This document shows positions 9,324 through 18,421 of a DNA stretch of 64,000 nucleotides, in pieces. The stretch's first letter is position 1, and every line of letters starts with the position of its first letter. The position numbers and the translations under genes were made by a program. The DNA comes from an uncultured Spirochaetia bacterium. GTDB taxonomy: Bacteria; Spirochaetota; UBA4802; UBA5368. Location: positions 15,388 to 79,387 of the forward strand of contig CALEGE010000066.1 of the NCBI GenBank assembly GCA_937877025.1. Direction: 5' to 3'. Below the pieces are notes generated by a model, which saw nothing but the letters and a program-made list of their open reading frames with translations, was not told the origin of the DNA and did not search any database.

Positions 9324-10649
9324 TCATAGGATTGGCAGGTATTCGTTGATTTCGTAATCGGTTATGTGAGCGTTGAATTTATCGATTTCCAGCAGCTTGT
9401 TCTCAACGAAGGTATCGATGATTTTCCGCCCCAGCGTTTCCCTCATGAGGTCGCTGGCTGCTAAATACAATACGGCCTCGTTGAGCTGCATTGGCAGCGG
9501 TGGGTAGCCCATTTTCTGGAGTTCGCTTCTGCTTGCCGTGTCGAGCGGCGATTCGAGCGGTTCCGGAATGTCGTAGCTGTTTTCTATGCCCTTCAATCCG
9601 CTTGCGAGAATCGCGGAAAAAACGAGATACGGATTGCATGCCGGGTCGGGATTGCGCAGCTCGACCCGCATCGCGTTGGGCTTGTCGGCCTTGCACTGTG
9701 GCACCCGCACAAGCGAGGTGTCGCAGCGCGTGCTCCATGAGATGTGCGTGGGCGCTTCGAATCCATGCTGAAGGCGTTTGTACGAATTGACCCACTGGTT
9801 GGTTATCGCGAAAAACTCGAAACAGTGCCGCAGCAGTCCTGCGATATAATGGCGCCCCGTTTGCGAAAGATGGGCGGGGTGTTTTTTGTCGAAAAAAATG
9901 TTTTCATCGTTGCGGAAAAGCGACTGATGCACATGCATGCCGGAGCCGTTCTGATCGGCCAGCGGTTTCGGCATGAACGATGCGTAAATATTGTTGGAGA
10001 GGCCGATTTCCTTGGCGACAAGCCTGAAGGTCATAATATTGTCGGCCGTTGTCAGCGCGTCTTCATGCCGCAGGTCGATCTCGTGCTGGCTGGGCGCGCC
10101 TTCATGGTGCGACGTAATGACGCCGATACCCATCTTTTCGAGCGTAAGCACTGTCTGCCGGCGGTAGTCCGACGCGACATCGAGCGGTGTAAGGTCGTAA
10201 TAGCCGCCCCTGTCAAGTGTGTCGGGGGCCGTACTGCTTTTAAAAAAAAAGAACTCAATCTCCGGGCCGGTATAAAATGTATATCCTTTTTCCGAGGCCT
10301 TCTGCAAGTTCTGTTTAAGAATATAGCGCGAGTCCCCTTCGTACGGCGTCATGTCGGTAGTGTAAATATCGCAGAACATCCGCGCCACCGAATCTTCCCT
10401 GGGGCGCCACGGCAGAATCTGAAATGTGGACGTATCGGGGAGGGCAATCATTTCGGCCTCGTCGCGGCGGATAAATCCCTGCAGGGTTGAACCGTCGAAG
10501 CGCACGCCCTCGATCAGCGCGTCCTCGAGCTCGTCAATGGTGATGGCGAAGCTTTTAAGGAATCCGAGTATATCCGTAAACCACAGGCGTACGAACTTTA
10601 CCCTGTTTTCATGGGCGAGTTTCAGTACGTATTCCTTGTCCTTGTCCAT
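9324..10649 (-). CDS. glnA: glutamine synthetase, type I
   Basis: 441 aa with FVRLWFTDILGFLKSF beta-grasp N-domain, catalytic-domain motifs (MHVHQSL, NPYLVFSAILASGLKGI) and the expected length. Confidence 0.9.
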   Translation of the reverse strand: MDKDKEYVLKLAHENRVKFVRLWFTDILGFLKSFAITIDELEDALIEGVRFDGSTLQGFIRRDEAEMIALPDTSTFQILPWRPREDSVARMFCDIYTTDMTPYEGDSRYILKQNLQKASEKGYTFYTGPEIEFFFFKSSTAPDTLDRGGYYDLTPLDVASDYRRQTVLTLEKMGIGVITSHHEGAPSQHEIDLRHEDALTTADNIMTFRLVAKEIGLSNNIYASFMPKPLADQNGSGMHVHQSLFRNDENIFFDKKHPAHLSQTGRHYIAGLLRHCFEFFAITNQWVNSYKRLQHGFEAPTHISWSTRCDTSLVRVPQCKADKPNAMRVELRNPDPACNPYLVFSAILASGLKGIENSYDIPEPLESPLDTASRSELQKMGYPPLPMQLNEAVLYLAASDLMRETLGRKIIDTFVENKLLEIDKFNAHITDYEINEYLPIL

Positions 10650-10874
10650 TCACCGTATTCCGTTTCGTTTAATGCCGTGAAAACGCGCAGCGCGCTCGAC
10701 GGCACTGGTGTATTCATCACGGGAGATTCTGCCGGTTTCCATTTCCTCGTGAAGCAGCCGTAACAGGAGATAAAACATATCGTTCCTCCGCTCACAGCAC
10801 GTTCTTGTGTATAGTATCGGCAGGTAAAGTCAAATTAATAATGTGAATATGCGCGCGAAGCGAGGCGTTGCTCT

Positions 10875-11951
10875 TCAGAAACTTATGTAGATAAGAATAA
10901 TGAATATCATAAGCACCAGCGCGAAAAGGCCCATTATGGCATAGACAATTTTTGGCAGGCCGATGTCGTCGGATGCCTGCCCGGGGATGCTTGGAATGCT
11001 TCTGATGTCGGGCAGGTTCTTTTTGGAAATGGGGCCGTCTGTCGCGGGATCGTACATCCTGAGCTTCACCTGACGCTCTTCCTCGATGATTTTTCCGTAT
11101 ATCGCGGGTCCTATCTGCGACAGTATCTCTATCGGATCGTTTTTGCTGTTCGCCTTGATGTCGATCACCTCGCATGAAACCGGCCTGATGTGATCTTCCA
11201 CCCGAAGGTCAAGAAGGTCTATGAAGTAATTATCCCTGTCGGAATTCGGGAGCAGCTTGGCCATTATTCTGTCGCCTATCTTGAGCTCATACAGGGGCTT
11301 TCCCTTTACCGGGGCGACAATCGGCTGAAGTGAGAGAATTACCGCACCCTCTTCAATAGCGTACCTTTTTTTCGCGGCAGGCGCAGGCGCGCCTTCCGTT
11401 TTGAGCCTGTTTTCTTTTGCCTCCCTGAATTCCTGGGGGCTTATTTCCTGAATGCCGATCTCGAGAATAAGGTTTTTATCGTGTATAATATGGTAGATGA
11501 TATCGAACATGAAGATTTCGACATTGTCGTAATCGTAGTTGTCGATTGAATCGAAAAGTTGGGAGCGGAGATTGTCTTCGGTCGCGATGGCCTTTATCTG
11601 GTCCATCAGCGATGCTGTCATGCTCGAATTGAAATTTCCCTTCCACTTCGCGTTGAGGATGGCCTCCTCGTACCGGTCCCATGTGAGATGCGGCTCTATG
11701 TCGTACAGGCTTGAAAAAGTCGAGACGACAATATTATACGAATCGACATCGCCGTCCTGATTGAAAACGACAAGCAACAGGCCATATAGATTAAGCGAGC
11801 TCGATTTGAATCGTCCCTTTATTATGATGTAATTATTCTCGTCGAGTAAGGTGTCCTCGTTCAGGTCTGGCGCCATTTCTAACTTACCGGCCTCATTCGT
11901 GATAATGTGGATGCTGCATGTGAGTGTTTTTTCATGATTGCGGCACTCCAC
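10875..11951 (-). CDS. hypothetical protein, C-terminal tail-anchored (single C-terminal TM)
   Basis: 358-aa ORF whose last 25 aa are a TM helix (IVYAIMGLFALVLMIFIILIYISF). No recognisable domain. A/T-richer codon usage than its neighbours. Confidence 0.4.
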   Translation of the reverse strand: MECRNHEKTLTCSIHIITNEAGKLEMAPDLNEDTLLDENNYIIIKGRFKSSSLNLYGLLLVVFNQDGDVDSYNIVVSTFSSLYDIEPHLTWDRYEEAILNAKWKGNFNSSMTASLMDQIKAIATEDNLRSQLFDSIDNYDYDNVEIFMFDIIYHIIHDKNLILEIGIQEISPQEFREAKENRLKTEGAPAPAAKKRYAIEEGAVILSLQPIVAPVKGKPLYELKIGDRIMAKLLPNSDRDNYFIDLLDLRVEDHIRPVSCEVIDIKANSKNDPIEILSQIGPAIYGKIIEEERQVKLRMYDPATDGPISKKNLPDIRSIPSIPGQASDDIGLPKIVYAIMGLFALVLMIFIILIYISF

Positions 11952-12319
11952 TCTTCTTGCGGGATAACCGCCGCGCGTCGGATCCTCACGACTGGCGAGG
12001 CGAGTGCATGAATATGCCTACGTAGCATTATGCAACATCTTACGCTACACGTTCACTGGCTGTCTGTCAATATAAAATTTTTTAATTTTTGCCCGTCGGA
12101 ACGATTTCGGCGCATGCAGCCCTTTGTATCCTGGTTTCCTGATTTTTCCCATGTGGGAATACGGTAATGATTGACTTTCTTTTTCCGCTCCGGTAAAATT
12201 CGCTTAATGAAGACCGGTGCTTACCGATATGTAGTGTGAGGAGTTCCGCGTTTATTTCGCAATCATTTCAGCCGAATGGCGGCTGCGGTTATATATGGGA
12301 GTAAGCAGGAGGTGCGGCG

Positions 12320-12787
12320 ATGACGATGCAGAGCAGGAATGACATACCGGTTCCCGATGAGACCCGGAAACGCGGATCGCTTAAGTTCATTCTCAAGGTG
12401 GGACTTGTTGTGGCGATTTTCGGCGTTGTTTTTTATCTTATTTATTTTACGGTGCAGTATGGAAAGGCCACTTTTATTCTTTCCAACCAGGAAATTACGT
12501 CCGGCGATGATTCCCAGGTAACGCGGTTCGAGGTGAACGATAAAATATTTTTTTTCATCAGCCGGCACAGCACCGATCTGGATTCCAACCTTTTTATAAT
12601 TGAAATAGAATATAACGATGGTGAAAATTACCGGCATTACAAAAAGATCAGCTATGAAGTGGAAAAAGATTTTCCCAAAATAAGCGCCTATATTCCCTCT
12701 GAATATTTCCGAAGATCGGGTAAATACAGAATCAAGGCATCGCTTGACGGCAAGATTGTCGCCATACACGATATAGAGGTTGACTGA
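12320..12787 (+). CDS. hypothetical membrane-anchored protein
   Basis: 155-aa ORF with a single N-terminal TM (FILKVGLVVAIFGVVFYLIYF). SD GGAGG 6 nt upstream. A/T-rich. Confidence 0.35.
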   Translation: MTMQSRNDIPVPDETRKRGSLKFILKVGLVVAIFGVVFYLIYFTVQYGKATFILSNQEITSGDDSQVTRFEVNDKIFFFISRHSTDLDSNLFIIEIEYNDGENYRHYKKISYEVEKDFPKISAYIPSEYFRRSGKYRIKASLDGKIVAIHDIEVD

Positions 12788-12821
12788 TATCCTATATTTT
12801 TAATTCAGGAGTTGCAGTGTT

Positions 12822-14021
12822 ATGCGTAAAAGAGCGTTGTTTTCGATTGCGCGCGCGTGGTTCGGCATCGCGGTGGTGATGGCGTGTACGTGCGGCCCCC
12901 TCTTTTCATATTCTGACCAGATAACGACCGAGCGGATACTGGGCGAGAATAAATCGTTTATAGATTTTATTGATGTCAGTGTCACGAATTTCGGGGAGGA
13001 GAGTATCGCGCAGTTCAAGGATATCTACCAGATGCACTTCAACGCGGAGGTTGCGTATCTGCAATCCGATTACAAGGGGGCTTTCAAACGAGTGTATAGC
13101 TGCCAGGGAAAAGAGGCGGAAATGATCGCCGAGATTGTAAAAAAATATTATCTTGAAAATTCAAAAGACATTCTCGACCGCCTCGCGCCGGAGATCATAA
13201 AATCCAAAAACCAGAGGGCGAGGCTTTACCTCACGCTGGCGTACCGTGACCGTGCGATCGGTTTCAACCATTTTGTCGTGGGCGGCGCGTCGAATCCGAA
13301 ACTCCATTCGTACAAAATCTTCAAGTATATTGAATCCATCAAAATGACCCGCAGGGCGAAACGGTACGGATTTCTGGCGCTGTACGAAAGCCAGACGAAC
13401 GAAATGAAAACGAGGATATTCAATCACCTCTTTGAAATGGAGCGGGAACAGGGAAATCCGTTTTACGGCAGGTTTCTTTCTAAAAGTGGGGATTCTTTTC
13501 TCGTGGAGTTGAACAGATCGTTTGACGATGCGGAGGAAAGCGCGGCCGCAGATGCGGCAAAAGACGCGGATTCGAAGTCCGGGCAGCCGGGCGAACCGGC
13601 CTATATCGAGGACCAGGCAGAAAAAAAGGTTGCAAAGAGGGTGCGCTTTAGAAACGAGAAGACAGCGGCGAACTATATTTTAAACGCGGAGTTTGAAAAG
13701 GCCGAGGACATTATCCGTGGTTACATTGATGACTTCAATTTCAAGATAATCAAGGCGTCGCTTGAGGTGCTTTCCACAAATCCCGGTGGCGGAACCGATG
13801 CGATTGATTACAAGGCGCTTCTGCCCGATCACAGCGATAATTACGCGCGCAGGATAAAACCATCGGCGCTCGACTCGTTCGCGGGACAGGTCAGGGTCGA
13901 GGATTACGTTGAAGTGAAAACCCCGCCGGAGGATGGGGGCGAGAAGGAATCCCCGCTTCCGAATAAAGGGGTTGACGATACCCTTGTCACGCCCGATGAT
14001 AAACCCGGCGTGGGCAAATAA
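12822..14021 (+). CDS. hypothetical lipoprotein/secreted protein
   Basis: 399-aa ORF with a signal peptide plus Cys (VVMACTCG), an acidic low-complexity central segment and no recognisable catalytic motif. SD AGGAG upstream. Confidence 0.4.
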   Translation: MRKRALFSIARAWFGIAVVMACTCGPLFSYSDQITTERILGENKSFIDFIDVSVTNFGEESIAQFKDIYQMHFNAEVAYLQSDYKGAFKRVYSCQGKEAEMIAEIVKKYYLENSKDILDRLAPEIIKSKNQRARLYLTLAYRDRAIGFNHFVVGGASNPKLHSYKIFKYIESIKMTRRAKRYGFLALYESQTNEMKTRIFNHLFEMEREQGNPFYGRFLSKSGDSFLVELNRSFDDAEESAAADAAKDADSKSGQPGEPAYIEDQAEKKVAKRVRFRNEKTAANYILNAEFEKAEDIIRGYIDDFNFKIIKASLEVLSTNPGGGTDAIDYKALLPDHSDNYARRIKPSALDSFAGQVRVEDYVEVKTPPEDGGEKESPLPNKGVDDTLVTPDDKPGVGK

Positions 14022-14101
14022 GCCCCGCACCCGGCGGTCGGTCGTGACAGAACGCTTTTTGACGCCGCAGTGATATATGGTTGCATACAGGGGATTGATG
14101 C

Positions 14102-14344
14102 GTGGACAATATACTGAACAAGGTGCACAAGCGGGTTTTGAACGAAATGCTCAATACGCCTGACAGACTGAAGGGTGAATCGGCGGGGAAGGTTATTGAC
14201 GCCGATCAGAAGCTTCGCAAGGCGATCGCCGAGTTCTATGCCGCGCTTGAGGAAGCGAGAAATCCCGACGTGGCGGTTGAATTGCTTGCAGATCATGCGG
14301 CGATTATTGTTGAAATGATACGCGAATTCAAGAGCAGAAAGTGA
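14102..14344 (+). CDS. small hypothetical helical protein (80 aa)
   Basis: ORF only; GTG start; predicted all-helical. Weak support. Confidence 0.25.
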   Translation: MDNILNKVHKRVLNEMLNTPDRLKGESAGKVIDADQKLRKAIAEFYAALEEARNPDVAVELLADHAAIIVEMIREFKSRK

Positions 14345-14543
14345 TCCGATAGCGGCCCCGGTGCGATTTGCCCGTCAATGTAAATCAGGTAACGCCGATT
14401 CCCGCCCGAATGGAAAATATGGTTGCATTTATAGTCGTCATGCGGCTTACTATGGAGTCCGGCAACATCTGCGTGAGTATGCCTCATATCCGTATGTGGA
14501 GTTATGTGAACGGGTGCACAGACTACGGTCCAGGAGTGATTCT

Positions 14544-14921
14544 ATGAATAGAAAAGGCGTTCTGTGGACGGGCCTTGTCGCCATCATGATTATGGCAGTC
14601 GCTTTTGCTGCCGGGTGTGCGAAAGAGGAATTCGGTGGACTCGGAATAGAGGTGCCGTCGGGCGAAGGCAAGGTGACAAAGGATAATCCGTATGCTATCG
14701 TATCGGTGTATAAAGGCGGTACGGGCGAGCTTGCGGGCCTGCAGCCCGGCGATATTATACTGTCTGTCGATGGAACACCACTCAAGGGACTTCAGTATGA
14801 TTATATCGTTAAAAGCCTTCTAAGGGGGAAGCCCGGCTCGCTGGTTACGCTTGTAATAGAGCGTCACGGGGAGATGATGATCATGAGGGTGCTGCGCGGC
14901 CGCGTGGTGCTGAAAAATTAA
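14544..14921 (+). CDS. PDZ-domain lipoprotein
   Basis: ATG 14544 preceded by AGGAG. Signal peptide plus lipobox (FAAGCAK). PDZ-like core GLQPGDIILSVDGTPLKG. The upstream part of the longer ORF is rejected as a 5' extension. Confidence 0.55.
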   Translation: MNRKGVLWTGLVAIMIMAVAFAAGCAKEEFGGLGIEVPSGEGKVTKDNPYAIVSVYKGGTGELAGLQPGDIILSVDGTPLKGLQYDYIVKSLLRGKPGSLVTLVIERHGEMMIMRVLRGRVVLKN

Positions 14922-14971
14922 ATTGAACATTCGCATAATCGGATGGATATAATTTCCCCGGCGGCGTCGGC

Positions 14972-15064
14972 ATGAAGAAAGCGGCTTGGTATATTCTTAT
15001 CGGATTCAGTGTTTTTTTCTGGCTGGTGATTTTGCTGGACATCATATACTGGTATTTTTATTAA
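14972..15064 (+). CDS. possible small hydrophobic membrane peptide (30 aa)
   Basis: Unlisted short ORF MKKAAWYILIGFSVFFWLVILLDIIYWYFY. It has a KK-N-terminus plus one TM, sits in an otherwise empty intergenic gap, and has only a weak SD. Confidence 0.25.
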   Translation: MKKAAWYILIGFSVFFWLVILLDIIYWYFY

Positions 15065-15098
15065 TGAAAGAACGCCTGTCCGTTTGCGGGCCGGCAAT

Positions 15099-15956
15099 AT
15101 GGCGCACATGAAAAATGTCATCGACAAGGTTAAGGATTCAATCGATAGAATGCCGACGCTCTCGCCCGTGATCCATAAGATCAACGAGGTGATGAACAAC
15201 GTGAGGTCGTCCGCGCAGGATCTCACCGATGTTATACAGCTCGATCCCGTGCTGGCGGCGAAAGTTATCCGGATGGTCAATTCGGCGTATTTCGGGCTGC
15301 CGCAGGAGGTGAAATCCCTTAAACAGGCGGTGATAATACTGGGTATCAATACGATAAAGAATGTCGCGCTTTCGTCGGCGTTTCTCAGTAAGGTGAACCT
15401 GAAGGGGAATACCGCGCTCAACGGCCAGGAGTTCTGGAAGCACTCGCTTTCAGTCGGTGTTGCGTCGAAGTTGATTGCGAAGAAGCTCGGCGTCGATCAG
15501 AAATTTATCGAGGAATACTTTATTGCGGGCCTGATACACGATATCGGAAAGGTGCTTATCAACAATTTCTTTCCGGAAGAGATGAACGCCATACTTGAAG
15601 CATCCTCGAAGGGCGACACCCCCATCACCGACATTGAAAGAAAGGTGTTGACGCTGACGCATGAGGAGATCGGCATTGCGATCGGCAAGAAATGGAAATT
15701 TGACAACAACCTGCTGTACGCCGTCGGGCGGCACCACCAGCCGGTAACGGGAGGCCTGGCCGCCTCCTTTTCAATGGTGGTGGCGATCGCCGATACATTT
15801 GTAAAAACAATGAAAATAGGATTCAGCGGCAATTATACGATCGAACCGATATCCGAGGAGGTGTGGCAGGCGCTCAATTTTAACGAAGAAAGCGCGTTTG
15901 ATGTGCTATCCTCGATTAATGACGAGATTGAAAAAGCGGTGCTTTTCCTGAAATAG
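15099..15956 (+). CDS. HDOD-domain signalling protein
   Basis: HDOD pattern: LDPVLAAKVIRMVNSAYFGLPQEVKSLKQAVIILGINTIKNVALS ... GLIHDIGKVLI. Confidence 0.7.
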   Translation: MAHMKNVIDKVKDSIDRMPTLSPVIHKINEVMNNVRSSAQDLTDVIQLDPVLAAKVIRMVNSAYFGLPQEVKSLKQAVIILGINTIKNVALSSAFLSKVNLKGNTALNGQEFWKHSLSVGVASKLIAKKLGVDQKFIEEYFIAGLIHDIGKVLINNFFPEEMNAILEASSKGDTPITDIERKVLTLTHEEIGIAIGKKWKFDNNLLYAVGRHHQPVTGGLAASFSMVVAIADTFVKTMKIGFSGNYTIEPISEEVWQALNFNEESAFDVLSSINDEIEKAVLFLK

Positions 15957-15960
15957 CGAT

Positions 15961-16839
15961 ATGGCGAATTGGTGGGTTCAATTCTGGGGTGTGCGCGGCT
16001 CGATTCCCGTTCCCGGCCCCTCGACGGTACGGTACGGCGGGAACACCGCCTGTCTTGATCTCCGCTCTGACGAGGGTGACTGGATCATTTTCGATGCGGG
16101 CAGCGGGCTTCGTGTGCTGAGCGATTCGATGGATTTATCGAAAAAATATGACCTGCACATACTGATATCGCATCCCCACTGGGACCACATCAACGGCTTT
16201 CCGTTTTTTACGCCCCTGTTTATCCCCGGCAATGCGGTAACGGTGTACGGCCCCTCCACTCACGAGCTCACCATCGAGGATGTGATAAACGGCCAGATGA
16301 AATACACATATTTTCCGGTGCGCACCGCGGAACTCTCCGCGACGCTGAAATTCAGGGAGTTGAAAGAGGAGCGTTTTTCAATAGGAAATTTCAACATTCA
16401 GACGCAATTGCTGAACCATCCCGTGACGTGCCTGGGCTACAGGGTGAGTTACGGCGAAAGGGTCTTTGTGTATCTCGGGGATAACGAGCCGTACTATAAT
16501 GTTTACAACGATAACGATCCCGAGGTGAACGAGTTCACCCGCGATATGAATAACCGCGTTCTGGAGTTTGTCCGCGGGGCGCATATGCTGGTATGCGATG
16601 CGCAGTATATCACCGCGGAATACGCCGGAAAAAAGGGATGGGGGCACAGCACCACCCATCATGTTGTAAACCTGGCATTGAAGGCCGGTGTTGAACATCT
16701 GGTGTTCTTCCACCATGATCCGCAGAGGACCGACGACGAGCTCGATTTCATCGTTAACCATTACCGCGAGCGGGTGCGAATAAAGGGGATTGATATCGAA
16801 ATCGATGCTGCGGGCGAGGGAAGGCGGTTCCGCATTTAA
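15961..16839 (+). CDS. MBL-fold metallo-hydrolase
   Basis: HPHWDHINGFPF matches the metallo-beta-lactamase HxHxDH motif. The start is 5 nt after the HDOD stop, so probably the same operon. Confidence 0.75.
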   Translation: MANWWVQFWGVRGSIPVPGPSTVRYGGNTACLDLRSDEGDWIIFDAGSGLRVLSDSMDLSKKYDLHILISHPHWDHINGFPFFTPLFIPGNAVTVYGPSTHELTIEDVINGQMKYTYFPVRTAELSATLKFRELKEERFSIGNFNIQTQLLNHPVTCLGYRVSYGERVFVYLGDNEPYYNVYNDNDPEVNEFTRDMNNRVLEFVRGAHMLVCDAQYITAEYAGKKGWGHSTTHHVVNLALKAGVEHLVFFHHDPQRTDDELDFIVNHYRERVRIKGIDIEIDAAGEGRRFRI

Positions 16840-17639
16840 GGGGGCGAGCTTACGCCCCGGCAGATGCCCGAAAGCAGCGAGACAAGATTTTTTCCCAGGT
16901 CGGGGATATAGTAGCCGCCTTCCAGAATCCCGAATATCCGTCCTTTCGTTTTATTCGCCGCGAACCTGCCTGCGATTTCTCCGATGATGTGGTAGTCGCC
17001 CGTCGACAGGTTTCCTCCCCAGTCGAGCACATACTGGTCGAACCCGGCGGAGATGCCGATGATATCCGAATCGGCGGCGCTGTTCAGCGCCCGCCGCGTT
17101 TCGTCGAGAAAATCCTCTGGATTCGACGATTGTATATTGAACACCTGAACGTTTTCAAGCGGCCTGAAGATGGCGTCGGTGCCGTCGCCGAAGTGCAGAT
17201 CGATATCGAGGATTGTCGCCGAACGGATGCGCTTTTCGGCGATGAGCTTTTTTATGCATATGGCCATATTGTTGAAAAAACAGAACCCCCAGTTGTGGTC
17301 GGGATTCGCGTGGTGCCCCGGCGGCCTTACAACGGCGAAGGCGATATAGCCTTCCATCGCGAGTTCCGCGGCCATTATCGCGCCGCCTGCCGCCATGCAT
17401 GCGGTTTTGAATCGATCCGGCATGTTTTTTTCTCTTTCAAGAAGATCTTTCGAATGGCATCGCAATATATCGTCGTCGGCGCACTGCCGCGGTTTTACAA
17501 TCGTGAGTCCTGCGGCGCCGCCCATCATGGATGTTACACGCTCCGGCGATTCGCATCCGGCGGTTGCGTATGAAGTGGCGTACATCGGGTGGTACACGAT
17601 CCGCAGCATATTTTTATAGGGGGTTAAATCATCCACCAT
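16836..17639 (-). CDS. histone deacetylase/acetoin-utilisation (AcuC-like) family deacetylase, short form
   Basis: Classic HDAC-fold motifs: RPPGHHA and DIDLHFGDGT (Asp-His charge relay and metal ligands). Confidence 0.75.
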   Translation of the reverse strand: MVDDLTPYKNMLRIVYHPMYATSYATAGCESPERVTSMMGGAAGLTIVKPRQCADDDILRCHSKDLLEREKNMPDRFKTACMAAGGAIMAAELAMEGYIAFAVVRPPGHHANPDHNWGFCFFNNMAICIKKLIAEKRIRSATILDIDLHFGDGTDAIFRPLENVQVFNIQSSNPEDFLDETRRALNSAADSDIIGISAGFDQYVLDWGGNLSTGDYHIIGEIAGRFAANKTKGRIFGILEGGYYIPDLGKNLVSLLSGICRGVSSPP

Positions 17640-17674
17640 TGCCTCGATAGTACGTGGAATGCGATAATGTATAT

Positions 17675-17703
17675 ATGATATGCGAGATCCAAAGTTTTGT
17701 CAA
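17675..17703 (-). promoter_or_regulatory. sigma70-like promoter for the deacetylase gene (TTGACA-17-TATCAT on minus strand)
   Basis: On the minus strand: TTGACA aaactttggatctcgca TATCAT, about 35 nt upstream of the start at 17639. Confidence 0.4.
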
Positions 17704-17794
17704 ATATCGGCGCATATGGTAAACAAGAAAAGCGCATTTGGCCTGCAAAAGCTTTTAAAAAACGAGGATTTCAGGCAGGTGTTTCGCCCGCGCA

Positions 17795-17832
17795 TGTGTA
17801 TAAAAAATACTGGAATCCCGGCCGTCCGGGAT
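17795..17832 (-). terminator. possible intrinsic terminator after the 194-aa gene
   Basis: Hairpin ATCCCGG-ccgt-CCGGGAT abuts the stop codon; a U-run (UAUUUUUUA) follows after 8 nt on the minus strand. Imperfect geometry. Confidence 0.3.
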
Positions 17833-18417
17833 TTATAAATATTTTTCCTTGAGATTGTACTGCCACAGCTCCACCAGTTTGTCGAATTCCCGGTTCGGCG
17901 GTTTGTTCTCATGGGCCCTGTTGCGGCGTTTGATGAGATACGCCACGGTTGAATCCTCCAGCAAAAATTTTTCGCCGATTTCATTGAGCTTTCTGATGAG
18001 GTAGTTGATGTTGTATGTTGCAAAATCCCCGATATACCTGGTCGACGCGATGGTCGGCTCGTATTTAATCAAAAGCTCGGTAAAATACAGCGACAGGCGC
18101 AGCGAATCCCTGCTGCCCCCCATTGCAGACTGAAAATGCATGCTGAGCTTTTCGAAAAGCTCCATGTGCTGGTAATATGAATCGTAAATAACGGTGAGGT
18201 ATTCCGGAAAGGCGTTCATTATCTCGATCAGGTCGATCGGGCTACCCTTTTCCATGAAATACTCGAATATTTTTTTGGCGCTTTCGGTGGTTGGCACAAC
18301 ATCGATAAGCTCGATGTACATGTCCTTGATGATGGTGCGGACCTTGCCGGATTTTTTAAGGTATATTTCTATTTCAACCGGCTCGACATAGTAATTTATT
18401 TCGTTGCTTTTGTGCAT
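17833..18417 (-). CDS. hypothetical protein (194 aa), A/T-rich
   Basis: ORF only. Acidic, predicted helical. 4-nt gap to the upstream 774-aa gene, so probably co-transcribed. Confidence 0.4.
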   Translation of the reverse strand: MHKSNEINYYVEPVEIEIYLKKSGKVRTIIKDMYIELIDVVPTTESAKKIFEYFMEKGSPIDLIEIMNAFPEYLTVIYDSYYQHMELFEKLSMHFQSAMGGSRDSLRLSLYFTELLIKYEPTIASTRYIGDFATYNINYLIRKLNEIGEKFLLEDSTVAYLIKRRNRAHENKPPNREFDKLVELWQYNLKEKYL

Positions 18418-18421
18418 GGGG

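Noticed and set aside
10650-10874. Sigma-54 (TGGCAC-N5-TTGC) promoter upstream of glnA
   Set aside because: A GGCAC-N5-TATTC element is present but on the wrong strand relative to glnA. No convincing -24/-12 element lies on the glnA strand.
14361-14543. 5' extension of the PDZ lipoprotein ORF (GTG start at 14361)
   Set aside because: It has no signal-peptide logic. The internal ATG 14544 has an AGGAG ribosome-binding site and begins a canonical lipoprotein signal.
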